Positions 17,935-27,107 are shown, counted from the first letter of the stretch. The stretch: 64,000 nt of DNA from an uncultured Clostridia bacterium (GCA_934167095.1 CAKPKE010000003.1:5533-69532); one strand, 5' to 3'. The notes: generated from the letters alone by a model not told the origin. Made by a program: numbers and translations.

Positions 17935-20094
17935 ATGGAAAATAAAATTAAAAAAGAAAAAAAAACAAACGAAAAACACGAATATAAAAGAACTACAGAT
18001 GAAGAAAAAGTAAAATTGTTTGAAGAATTCTTAGCAGAACATCCTGAAGAGAAAATTAATAGTGAAACAGTGTATAAAGGCTATCCTATTGGCACATATG
18101 TAATAGCTATGAGACAAAAAATAATATATAAAAAAGGTTATTGCAGTAAAGAAGTAATAGATAAAATGCAAAAGTTAGGTCTTTTGTATGAAAAAAGAAA
18201 TGGAATTGACCAAAAGATAGAAAATTTAGCACAATATTGCAAAACTAATCCATATGTCTTTTCAAGAGAAATACAAAAAATTCCTGAAAGCTTACAAAAA
18301 GATTATAGATATATAGTACAGAGAAGATCAAATGGAAAACTTACACAAAGTGTCAGAAATAGATTAGGTGATATAAGAATTGGTGGAGTGTTTGGCTTCA
18401 TTGAAAGCGATAGAGAATTATTGAAACAAGGAAAAATAACTGAGAGAGGCCTTATTCAAATATATGAAGAATTTAATTCTTTAGAGGATTTTAAAAATGC
18501 ATACATAGAATATTTAGTTGATATGGCAAAACTTAAAGAAGATGAGGATGAAATAAGAAGATATGGAGAGCCAAATGAACTAGATACAATAAAAGCTGAA
18601 TTGCAGGAAAAACATAAAAAGATATTTGATTTAAAAGCAGAAAAAGCAATAAATATGCAAAACTTTTATAATCTAAATGTTCCACAAGAATATATAAATT
18701 TATATGATGGAATTTTTGGACTTCGTGATGATGGTATTATTTTTGACGAAAATACAAGAAGAATATTTGATAAAATAATAAATGGATTACCACAAAATTG
18801 TGCAGAATTGTTAAAAAGCAGATATGGAATAGATGGCAGGGATAGTATAACTTTACGAGAAATTGCAAAAAAGAAAGGTGTAAATTTTCAAACTATATAT
18901 GCTCTAAGTGACAAAAGTATAAGAAAAATGAAAACAGAAGCCTATAGGCAAAACTGGCCAAAATCAAAAAAGATAGCAAATGAAGAATTTATCAGGGCAT
19001 ATTTTGAACATGTAGATGTATTTAGTCAAAATGATAATAATCATTTGCCAAAAGAGGATGTCCAAAAGCTAAGTGGAATATATCAAAAAAGAGTAAAGAA
19101 AATGGATTCTAAAGAAATAAATAAAAGTACAAATATATTCCTACTTGAATTATCAAATGAAGCTAGAGCGTGTTTAGAAGAAGCTGGATTTGTAACTGTA
19201 GAAGATCTTATTAATATTGATGAAGAAAAAATAGAAAGTTTAAGAAAAATAGATCCAAGCGTAATTGATGAAATATCAAGTATGATTGAAAGCCTAAAAG
19301 AAATTTTGAATAAAAATGAAATTGAAAAATTGGAGAATATTGGAATAGAGGAACTTAGGCTTTCTGTCAGAACATATAATGCTTTAAAAAGAGGTAGAAT
19401 AAATACTATTCAAGAGTTAATTAATACACCACCAGAAGAACTTTTAAATTTGAATAATTTAGGTAAAGTTTGTCTAAAGGAAATTGAAAGTGAATTAAAA
19501 AGGATTGGTCTTAAGTTTAAAGAAAAAAGTGTTACAAGTGTGGAAGATTTGAATGTGGCAGAATTACAAACTAGAAAAGCTGATGAAATAGAAATTAAAG
19601 AAATAGGACTAAAAACAAATGTATATAGAAAATTACAGGTAATAGAAATTTACACAGTACAACAATTATTAGATAAAACGGATGATGAAATTTTAAATAT
19701 AAATGGCTTTGGAAGAATGACTTTAAGGGAAATAAAAGATAGACTAATTGAATTAGGCTTTTTGCAAAGAGATGAAGAACTAAAGAAAGAAGCGGAATTA
19801 GAGAAAAAAAGAGAAAAAATTGCTGAACTAGAAAAACGTAAAAGAGAAATTACTAGAAGAATAAAAACGCTAGCAAAAGAGATTTTAAGAATGACCAATA
19901 GCTCAATCGATACTTACATTACACAATCAATACAAGACGCAGCTCAAGTAATTTCTGAACAGCAACAAGAATTAAATAAGATATTAGATGAAATAAAAAA
20001 AGTAGAACAGCCTGATGTCGATTTACAAAGCCCTAAAGTAGAACCACAAAATCCTAAAAATGAGATTGAAGAGGAAGATCGCGAACATGAATAA
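17935..20094 (+). CDS. hypothetical 719-aa DNA-binding protein with a sigma-70 region-4-like HTH, three RNA polymerase alpha-subunit CTD-like (HhH) repeats and a C-terminal coiled coil/acidic tail
   Basis: ITLREIAKKKGVNFQTIYALSDKSIRKMK (sigma region 4-like). LRLSVRTYNALKRGRINTIQELINTPPEELLNLNNLGKVCLKEIESELKRIGL plus two more alpha-CTD-like units. Start at MENKIKK (RBS GAGGGG). Confidence 0.6.
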   Translation: MENKIKKEKKTNEKHEYKRTTDEEKVKLFEEFLAEHPEEKINSETVYKGYPIGTYVIAMRQKIIYKKGYCSKEVIDKMQKLGLLYEKRNGIDQKIENLAQYCKTNPYVFSREIQKIPESLQKDYRYIVQRRSNGKLTQSVRNRLGDIRIGGVFGFIESDRELLKQGKITERGLIQIYEEFNSLEDFKNAYIEYLVDMAKLKEDEDEIRRYGEPNELDTIKAELQEKHKKIFDLKAEKAINMQNFYNLNVPQEYINLYDGIFGLRDDGIIFDENTRRIFDKIINGLPQNCAELLKSRYGIDGRDSITLREIAKKKGVNFQTIYALSDKSIRKMKTEAYRQNWPKSKKIANEEFIRAYFEHVDVFSQNDNNHLPKEDVQKLSGIYQKRVKKMDSKEINKSTNIFLLELSNEARACLEEAGFVTVEDLINIDEEKIESLRKIDPSVIDEISSMIESLKEILNKNEIEKLENIGIEELRLSVRTYNALKRGRINTIQELINTPPEELLNLNNLGKVCLKEIESELKRIGLKFKEKSVTSVEDLNVAELQTRKADEIEIKEIGLKTNVYRKLQVIEIYTVQQLLDKTDDEILNINGFGRMTLREIKDRLIELGFLQRDEELKKEAELEKKREKIAELEKRKREITRRIKTLAKEILRMTNSSIDTYITQSIQDAAQVISEQQQELNKILDEIKKVEQPDVDLQSPKVEPQNPKNEIEEEDREHE

Positions 20095-20281
20095 AAAAGA
20101 ATTTTTTGAAATTTATCAAAAAGTAAAAAAACAAGAAATAGAAATAAGTACATTAGATAAAGAAACTGTTAGAAGAATACTATTATTACTATCAGAAGAA
20201 ATGGAAATTAATAGTAGAAAAATAGAAAATGGAATTAATAAACTAGAGAAAAGTTTAATGGAGAAGAAAAATAATGTTTGA
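20087..20281 (+). CDS. 64-aa coiled-coil small protein, translationally coupled between the 719-aa gene and uvrC
   Basis: Its ATG overlaps the stop of the upstream gene (cATGaaTAA). Its stop overlaps the uvrC start (aATGtTTGA). MNKKEFFEIYQKVKKQEIEISTLDKETVRRILLLLSEEMEINSRKIENGINKLEKSLMEKKNNV. Confidence 0.45.
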   Translation: MNKKEFFEIYQKVKKQEIEISTLDKETVRRILLLLSEEMEINSRKIENGINKLEKSLMEKKNNV

Positions 20282-22133
20282 TATAGAAGCGGAACTAAAA
20301 AAACTGCCTAATAAACCAGGTGTATATATTATGCATGATAAAGATGACAAAATTATATATGTTGGAAAAGCTGTAGTTTTGAAAAATAGAGTAAGGCAGT
20401 ATTTTAGAAAAAATAAAAAAACAAAAAGAATTCAAAATATGGTTGCTTTGGTAGACCATTTTGAGTATATAGTTTGCGATAATGAAGCAGAAGCTTTAAT
20501 ATTAGAGTGTAATTTAATAAAAAAGAATATGCCCAAATTTAATGTGCTTCTAAAAGATGATAAAACATATCCATATATAAAAATAAATGTAAAAGCTGAT
20601 TATCCAGATTTATATATAACAAGAAGAATTTTAAATGATGGTGCAAAATATTTTGGACCTTATGCAAATTCTGGCAGTGCAAAAGAAATGATAGATTTTA
20701 TAAAATCAAGATATAAAATAAGACAATGCAAAAGTTTTAAGTATAAAGATAGACCTTGTCTAAACTATCATATAAAAAAGTGCATGGCACCATGTATGGG
20801 ATATGTGTCAAAGGAAGAATATAGAAAGCAAATTGATGAAATAATAGCAATTTTAGAAGGAAAGACCGATTCTCTAAAAAAAGAACTTGAAAAAGAAATG
20901 TTAGAAGCCTCTAAAAAAATGGAGTACGAAAAGGCACAAGAATTAAGAGATAAAATTTTGGCAATAGAAAGAATTTCACAAAGACAAAAAGTTTCTAACA
21001 TGTCTGAAAATGATATTGATGTAATTGGTCTTGCAAGAAAAGATAATGAAGTTTGTATAGAAATGTTTTATGTGCGAAATAGCAAAATGATTGGAAGAGA
21101 GCATTTCATATTTAAAGGTCTAGAAGATGAAGAAGATAGTGAAATTTTATCAAGTTTTATCAAACAATATTATGTTGGAAGAACCATACTTCCCAATAAA
21201 ATAATGATAAGAGATGAAATTGAAGATAAAGATACAATTGAAATGTGGCTAACTGGCGTTGCAAATAGAAAAGTAGAAATAAAAACTCCACAAAAAGGAG
21301 AAAAATTAAGATTTGTTGAAATGGCTGAAAACAATGCTCTTATAACTCTTAAAAATAAAGAAAAGGACAAATACAATATTTTGGCAGAGTTAAAGCAGGT
21401 GCTAAATTTAGAGGTGCTTCCAAGAAAAATCGAAAGCTTTGATATTTCTAACTTATCAGGAACAAATCAAGTTGCTGGAATGAGTGTAATGCAAGATGGC
21501 GTTATAAAAAAGAGCATGGCAAGAAGATTTAAAGTAAAAACAGTATTTGGACAAGATGATCCTAAATGTATGGAAGAAGTGGTAACAAGGAGGCTAAGAC
21601 ATTCAGTAAAAATGCTTAATAATGGCGACAGCAGTGGCTTTGGAGATCTTCCAGACTTAATTCTTGCTGATGGTGGTATTACTCAAATAAGAGCAATAAA
21701 ACAGGCAATAAAAAATGTTAATAATGAAATAAAAGCTGTTGCAAAAGAAAAAAATATAGAACTTACTCAAAAAGATTTAGTAAACATTCCGGTATTTGGT
21801 ATGGTAAAAAATGATAAGCACCAAACTAGAGCATTAATGAATGATGAAAGAGCTGAATTTGAAATTTCACAAACTCTATTTAATACAATAACAATGTTCC
21901 AAGACTCTGTCCATGATACAGCTATTGGATATCATAAAAAGCTAAGAAATGAGGAAGTGACAAAATCTGAACTTGATAATGTATCTGGAATTGGTACAGT
22001 AAAAAAGGTAGAGCTATTAAAAAAATTCGGAAGTATTCAAAGAATAAAAGATGCAAGTACTGAGGAAATTGCAGAAACTAAAGGAATAAATTTAGAGTTA
22101 GCAAAGAAAATTAAAGAAACATTAGAAAATTAG
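20274..22133 (+). CDS. uvrC: excinuclease ABC subunit C
   Basis: GIY-YIG N-terminus (PGVYIMHDKDDKIIYVGKA), UvrC homology region, C-terminal (HhH)2. Confidence 0.95.
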   Translation: MFDIEAELKKLPNKPGVYIMHDKDDKIIYVGKAVVLKNRVRQYFRKNKKTKRIQNMVALVDHFEYIVCDNEAEALILECNLIKKNMPKFNVLLKDDKTYPYIKINVKADYPDLYITRRILNDGAKYFGPYANSGSAKEMIDFIKSRYKIRQCKSFKYKDRPCLNYHIKKCMAPCMGYVSKEEYRKQIDEIIAILEGKTDSLKKELEKEMLEASKKMEYEKAQELRDKILAIERISQRQKVSNMSENDIDVIGLARKDNEVCIEMFYVRNSKMIGREHFIFKGLEDEEDSEILSSFIKQYYVGRTILPNKIMIRDEIEDKDTIEMWLTGVANRKVEIKTPQKGEKLRFVEMAENNALITLKNKEKDKYNILAELKQVLNLEVLPRKIESFDISNLSGTNQVAGMSVMQDGVIKKSMARRFKVKTVFGQDDPKCMEEVVTRRLRHSVKMLNNGDSSGFGDLPDLILADGGITQIRAIKQAIKNVNNEIKAVAKEKNIELTQKDLVNIPVFGMVKNDKHQTRALMNDERAEFEISQTLFNTITMFQDSVHDTAIGYHKKLRNEEVTKSELDNVSGIGTVKKVELLKKFGSIQRIKDASTEEIAETKGINLELAKKIKETLEN

Positions 22134-22244
22134 TCTATTTATAAAGAATTGTGCCATACGAAAGTTTGCATATTTGTAGGACAAGTTGAATAAAATATAA
22201 TATCAAAAGAATATAATGCAGTAATACTGCAAAAGGGGGATTTT

Positions 22245-22442
22245 ATGGAATATTCTAAAGATATTATATTAAATACAAAATTCACAGAAAGTGAAGAAAA
22301 AGTGGAAAAAGGCAAAGGAAAATTTATAAATAGCATCAAAAAACATAAAGTTATGACACTAATAGTTGTAAGCTGTGGTGCATTAATAGCGATGGATTAC
22401 ATGCTAGTACATAGCTTTATAGAAATATTACAAAGAATCTAA
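22245..22442 (+). CDS. 65-aa small membrane protein (hypothetical)
   Basis: RBS AAAGGGGGA. Lys-rich N-terminus then TM VMTLIVVSCGALIAMDYMLV. Followed by a bidirectional terminator. Confidence 0.5.
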   Translation: MEYSKDIILNTKFTESEEKVEKGKGKFINSIKKHKVMTLIVVSCGALIAMDYMLVHSFIEILQRI

Positions 22443-22445
22443 AAA

Positions 22446-22493
22446 AGACTTCATATCTTAACTTGTGGTAAAGTTAAAGATATGAAGTTTTTT
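22446..22493. terminator. bidirectional terminator
   Basis: acttcatatcttaactt...aagttaaagatatgaagt plus TTTTTT. Confidence 0.7.
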
Positions 22494-22740
22494 AATCATT
22501 ATTATTTTCTTGTTCAGCAGTATCAAATACTTCATTTGTAAAAAATTCGCCAAGGGTAATATTAAATCCTTCGCAAATATGAAGTAAAGTATCGATTTTT
22601 ATTAATTCAGTTTTTCCACTCATAAATGTAGAAATAGTAGAACATGGAATACCAGACATTTTGCATAATTTCCAGATATTCATATTTTTTTCTTTTAAAT
22701 AATATTTTATTCTTTTTCTAATAGCATCTGACAATTTCAT
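22492..22740 (-). CDS. XRE-family HTH transcriptional regulator
   Basis: MKLSDAIRKRIKYYLKEKNMNIWKLCKMSGIPCSTISTFMSGK... is a Cro/C1-type HTH. Confidence 0.8.
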   Translation of the reverse strand: MKLSDAIRKRIKYYLKEKNMNIWKLCKMSGIPCSTISTFMSGKTELIKIDTLLHICEGFNITLGEFFTNEVFDTAEQENNND

Positions 22741-22936
22741 TAATAAAAATAACTCCTTTTTCTATTTAATGAAATTATATATAAGTATAAAATTTTTATA
22801 CTTTGGCGAATTGAAATAAAATAAAAAATATTTCAATTAATCGAAGTAGTTTGTTGCATTGAAAAAATCGGTGTGCTATAATTTAAATAACTTCAATGTA
22901 CCAAACTATATGAACAAGAGAAAAAGGAGAATGAAT

Positions 22937-24064
22937 ATGAAGAAGAATAAAGGCATAACATTAGTGGCACTAGTGACAACAATAGTAATTTTACTAATTC
23001 TATCAGGTGCATCAATTAATTTAGTATTAGGAGAAAATGGACTAATAACAAATGCAAAATTAGCAACTAAAAAGGTTCAAGAAGATGAAAAATCAGAAGA
23101 AAAAGATATTGAAAATACAAGTGATGAAATAATGAAACAACTAACCGGAAGTAATTTTATTAATGGAGCACCGATTCCTGATGGATTCTATTATGTGGGA
23201 GGAATTAGAGATAAAGGAGTTGTAATTTCTGACTCAATAGATGATAAAGATAAATATGCAAATCAAGTAGATGTTGGAAATGATTTAGTAGGAAATCAAT
23301 ATGTATGGGTACCGGTAAATAATGCTAGTAAATTCTATAATGTAGATAATAATGGAATTGAATTGCTAGGTGGCACAGGGGTAAAGACATATAAATATTC
23401 AGTAAGTAGCTATGAAACGATGAATCTTCCTGGCAAAGTAGGCTATAGAGAGCCAGATACTGTATATTACTATGATAATGATGAAAAAGCAAAAGAAACT
23501 GGTTTTGAGAATTTTGAAGAGATGGCAAATTTAGTCAGTAACGAATATAGTGAAATGATTGAAAGCATGGAGAAATATAGAGGCTTCTATATAGGAAGAT
23601 ATGAACTAAGTGAAAATGGAGAAGCAAAAGGAAATCCAATAACTAGTGTTACTTGGTATCAATTATATAAAAATTGTAAAGAATTAAATAATACAGAAAA
23701 TGTAAAACCTAGGATGATTGGTGGAATACAGTGGGATGCTGTATGTGAATGGCTAGAAAATTGTGGATATAATGTGCAAGATTCTGAATCATGGGGAAAT
23801 TATGAAGATGACGATGAAGAAAAAAGAGTATTACAAGAAACAGGTTTAAATGAGAAATATAAAGCAAATAATATATATGACTTTGCTGGAAATTGTGCAG
23901 AATGGACACAAGAAGCAAGTAATGTAATACATAGAACAGCAAGAGATTTTAAAAATAGAGATAGTGTAAAGGCCAAACAAAGTGTAATAAACAGAAATCC
24001 TCACGTAGCACCCGTTACAACATATCAAAGTGTTGGAACACGAGCAATGCTTATATTAAAGTAA
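22937..24064 (+). CDS. surface protein, paralog 1 of a 4-member family: prepilin-like N-terminus (no Glu at +5) plus FGE/DUF1566-like (C-type-lectin-like) C-terminal domain
   Basis: MKKNKGITLVALVTTIVILLILSGASINLVLGENGLITNAK... C-terminus ...DFAGNCAEWTQE...VGTRAMLILK. Strong promoter TTGCAT-17-TGcTATAAT upstream. Confidence 0.65.
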   Translation: MKKNKGITLVALVTTIVILLILSGASINLVLGENGLITNAKLATKKVQEDEKSEEKDIENTSDEIMKQLTGSNFINGAPIPDGFYYVGGIRDKGVVISDSIDDKDKYANQVDVGNDLVGNQYVWVPVNNASKFYNVDNNGIELLGGTGVKTYKYSVSSYETMNLPGKVGYREPDTVYYYDNDEKAKETGFENFEEMANLVSNEYSEMIESMEKYRGFYIGRYELSENGEAKGNPITSVTWYQLYKNCKELNNTENVKPRMIGGIQWDAVCEWLENCGYNVQDSESWGNYEDDDEEKRVLQETGLNEKYKANNIYDFAGNCAEWTQEASNVIHRTARDFKNRDSVKAKQSVINRNPHVAPVTTYQSVGTRAMLILK

Positions 24065-24096
24065 AAAAACTGCACTTCATTGTGCAGTTTTAATTT
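24064..24096. terminator. bidirectional terminator between convergent paralogs
   Basis: aaaactgcac ttcatt gtgcagtttt. Confidence 0.65.
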
Positions 24097-25471
24097 TATT
24101 GCCAATATAAAATTGGGTAGCCATTATTTATATTATTTGAATCTGGTTTAAAAGCAGAACCGAGTTCGGAATAAGCAAATTTTAGTTGAGAAATAGATAA
24201 TGATTTTACACCATCTCTAATAGAAGTATCATTTGAATTATTTATAGTGTTTTCTAAGTAATAACAAGAGGTGATTGTACCTGGGTTATTTATATGTCCA
24301 ACAATTCCTGACATTGGAGAATTACCCGTAATAATACCAGAACTATAACAATTTGAAATAGAACTTCCATCTCTAATATAACCAGTTATTCCGCCAATTA
24401 TGGATGAACCAGAAACAGAACCTACATTATAACAATTATTAATTGAAGAATTTGTATAAGTATATCCAGAAATTCCACCAATATAGCTATTATTTCCTTG
24501 GATTGAACCTGAATTATAACTGTTTTCAATAATTGAGGTAGATGTACAATATCCAACTATTCCGCCAATATTTACATTGTTTTCAAGTCCAGTCATATTA
24601 CCTGAATTATAACAATTATTAACTTTACTATTAACAAGAATTCCAACTATTCCACCAAAACTATTAGCAGAATTGGAAAGAGAAGAAGCATTAGAACAAT
24701 TTTCAATTAGACTATTTTGATATGCATATCCTACTAAAGAAGATGTTCCTACACCACCAGAAATATTACAATTATCAGATATATGGATATTCTTTATAGT
24801 TGAACTTTTTATAAAAGCAAATAATCCTTTTACTTTTTCGGTAGAATTAATATATATTCCAGATATTGAATGATTCTTACCATCAAATGTTCCGCAAAAA
24901 AGAATATTATTTTCATCATCTGGACCAGTAGAAGTGTTTTTATATATACCAATAGGTTCCCATTCTTCATTTATGTCTAGTGTAATGTCATTAGTTAAAT
25001 ATACATATTTCCCATTAAAAGAATTGCCTGAGTTTACAGCATCTCTAAAATTCTTTAAATCATCTACAGAACTTATTGCTATTGCATCCGAACTAGATTT
25101 TGTATTACCTGAGTTGTCAATGTAATATTGTTGATCAGAACCAGTAATACTAACTGTAAAACTTCCATCACCATTATTTGAAACTGTAGCTTTATTAGAA
25201 CCTAGCTGATTATCCAAGGCATTTTGTAAATCAGAACCGAGAAAAATCTTGATAATTAGCACTTCCTAATTGAACTGATGAAACAGCAAATTGTATTTGT
25301 TCTAGTTCTGAAGCTTCTTCTGTTTTACTTTTACTTTCGCGAGCTTTGCTAATAAGGCCGGTTATTTCCTAAAACCATGGAGATACTAACACCAGCAAGA
25401 ATTAATAAAATAACAATAGTAACAATTAATGCAATTAAAGTTATTCCTTTTTGATTAATTAAATTTTTCAT
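24096..25471 (-). pseudogene. paralog 4 of the prepilin-like family fused to GLUG-repeat domain, disrupted by two frameshifts
   Basis: Frame A: MKNLINQKGITLIALIVTIVILLILAGVSISMVLGNNRPY*. Frame B: ...EITGLISKARESKSKTEEASELEQIQFAVSSVQLGSANYQDFSRF*. Frame C (GTG, 388 aa) holds GLUG-type repeats (GGIVGY...NCYN..G). The second shift lies in or next to a T5 run. Confidence 0.6.
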
Positions 25472-25604
25472 AGTTAAAATAATCCTTTCATTTTTCTTTA
25501 GATTATTTACATGTTATCATAATTGAAATTACTTTGCAAGCATAAATAGGTGCATAATTATTGCAAAAAATTATGTACAATATCTTGCAAGGGAGGCTAG
25601 TAAT

Positions 25605-25796
25605 ATGAATAAACTAAAAATACCAGAAAACCACAGTGGAGTTAGTAAAACTCTTAGGTTGCCAGAAAATATAGTAGAGGATATACAAAGTCTTGCAGAT
25701 ATTAAAAATTTATCATTTAATAAAGTTGTAATATCATTATTGGAGTTTAGCCTAGAAAATTTAGATGAAAAAGATAAAGCAAAAATTCAAAAATAG
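25605..25796 (+). CDS. small ribbon-helix-helix-like DNA-binding protein (hypothetical)
   Basis: 63 aa. RBS AAGGGAGG. TLRLPENIVEDIQSLADIKNLSFNKVVISLLEFSL resembles an Arc/CopG-type RHH. Confidence 0.45.
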   Translation: MNKLKIPENHSGVSKTLRLPENIVEDIQSLADIKNLSFNKVVISLLEFSLENLDEKDKAKIQK

Positions 25797-25818
25797 ATAG
25801 ACTATTGTGGTCTATCTT

Positions 25819-26067
25819 TTAACTTAAAATAGAGATAGTTGTATCATTATCCAAATAAATTGTAATACTTGTTTCTGTTAAATTAAAATCATATATTTGC
25901 GTCATATTAATAATAAGATAATTATCACTAGAATTATCAGTGATTTTCAATATATCATATTCAATATGATAATTTAAGCTATTAATTGTATATTGTAGTT
26001 TTAAAAATCCATCTAAAGCTATTATAATTTTTTTACCAATTAATTTATCTAAAATATTATTTATCAT
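25819..26067 (-). CDS. hypothetical protein (82 aa)
   Basis: Start MINNILDKLIGKK with RBS AAGAGGT. No known motif. Confidence 0.4.
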   Translation of the reverse strand: MINNILDKLIGKKIIIALDGFLKLQYTINSLNYHIEYDILKITDNSSDNYLIINMTQIYDFNLTETSITIYLDNDTTISILS

Positions 26068-26207
26068 TTTGTACCTCTTAAAATAATTTTTACCCAATAA
26101 GATAAATTTATACATGAAAAATTATTGCTAATTTCTAAATAAAAACTTGATAAATAATAAAAATTATCATATAATAAAGTAAGGAAAGTAAGAAAGGAGA
26201 AATGCTT

Positions 26208-26465
26208 ATGGAACTTGCAAAAGTAACTACAAAAGGACAAATAACTATTCCAAAGGCGATACGCGATTTTTTACAAATAAAAGAGGGAAGTAAAATAATA
26301 TTTTTACAAAAAGGGAATGACATAGTTATAAAAAATGCAGCTATGATAGCATTAGAAAAAATACAAGATGCTTTTGATGGCGAAGCAGAGAGATTAGGAT
26401 TGGAAACAGAAGAAGATGTTGTAAAAATGGTTAAAGAATATAGAAAGGAAAGAAAGAAGGATTAG
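26208..26465 (+). CDS. AbrB/MazE/SpoVT-family antitoxin
   Basis: MELAKVTTKGQITIPKAIRDFLQIKEGSKIIF is a swapped-hairpin AbrB-type domain. RBS GGAGA. Adjacent to a PIN gene. Confidence 0.75.
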   Translation: MELAKVTTKGQITIPKAIRDFLQIKEGSKIIFLQKGNDIVIKNAAMIALEKIQDAFDGEAERLGLETEEDVVKMVKEYRKERKKD

Positions 26466-26467
26466 TT

Positions 26468-26866
26468 TTGAAGGTTATGTTAGATACAAATATTCTAATT
26501 TCAGCATTTGTATTTAAAAGTAAAATAATGAATGAACTAATATATATACTTTCTACAAAACATGAAATATTTATATGTTCGTATGTAGTAGATGAACTAA
26601 GAAATATAGTAAAAAATAAATTTAATGTAAAAGCAGATGAGTTAGAAGAATTTTTTGAAAAATTTCCATTTACATTAGTATATTCTCCAAGTAATGTAAA
26701 TAAGAAGAAATTTAAAATAAGAGACGAAAATGATTATATAATTTTATATACTGCGATTATTGAAGAAATAGATGTGTTAATAACGGGAGATAAGGATTTT
26801 TTTGCAGTAGATATAGAAAAGCCAGAAATAATTACCGCAAAAGATTTCTTAGAAAAATATAGTTAG
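26468..26866 (+). CDS. PIN-domain ribonuclease toxin (VapC-like)
   Basis: (TTG)KVMLDTNILISAFVFKS...YVVDELRNIV...TGDKDF. Start overlaps or abuts the antitoxin stop. Confidence 0.75.
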   Translation: MKVMLDTNILISAFVFKSKIMNELIYILSTKHEIFICSYVVDELRNIVKNKFNVKADELEEFFEKFPFTLVYSPSNVNKKKFKIRDENDYIILYTAIIEEIDVLITGDKDFFAVDIEKPEIITAKDFLEKYS

Positions 26867-26882
26867 AATATAAGATAGCGTC

Positions 26883-26921
26883 AAGTGAAAAGTTAAATGC
26901 AATTCTGTAAAGTAAATGCAA
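26883..26921 (+). repeat. copy A of a conserved ~38-nt intergenic element AAGTGAAAARTTAAATGYAATTCTGTAAAGTARATGCAA
   Basis: Nearly identical to 52320-52360. The first half matches 60043-60064. Confidence 0.6.
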
Positions 26922-27107
26922 CTTGTATGAGAAAAGGCAATTTCTAGATAAAATATTGGTAGCTAATGACAACTTGCAATTTTATGTAAAAAATGTTAAA
27001 ATGGAATTGTAATATTCGTGGGTACAGCGAATTATAACAAATGTACCATTTTCATTATCTTTTACACATATTGGTGTAATTGAAAGTGAGTGCTGTTAGG
27101 AGTTGTT

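Noticed and set aside
20060-20086. Upstream extension (MRLKRKIAN...) of the 64-aa coupled ORF
   Set aside because: The extension lies inside the preceding gene without an RBS. The ATG at 20087 overlapping the stop codon is the more plausible coupled start. Even the short ORF is only moderately supported.
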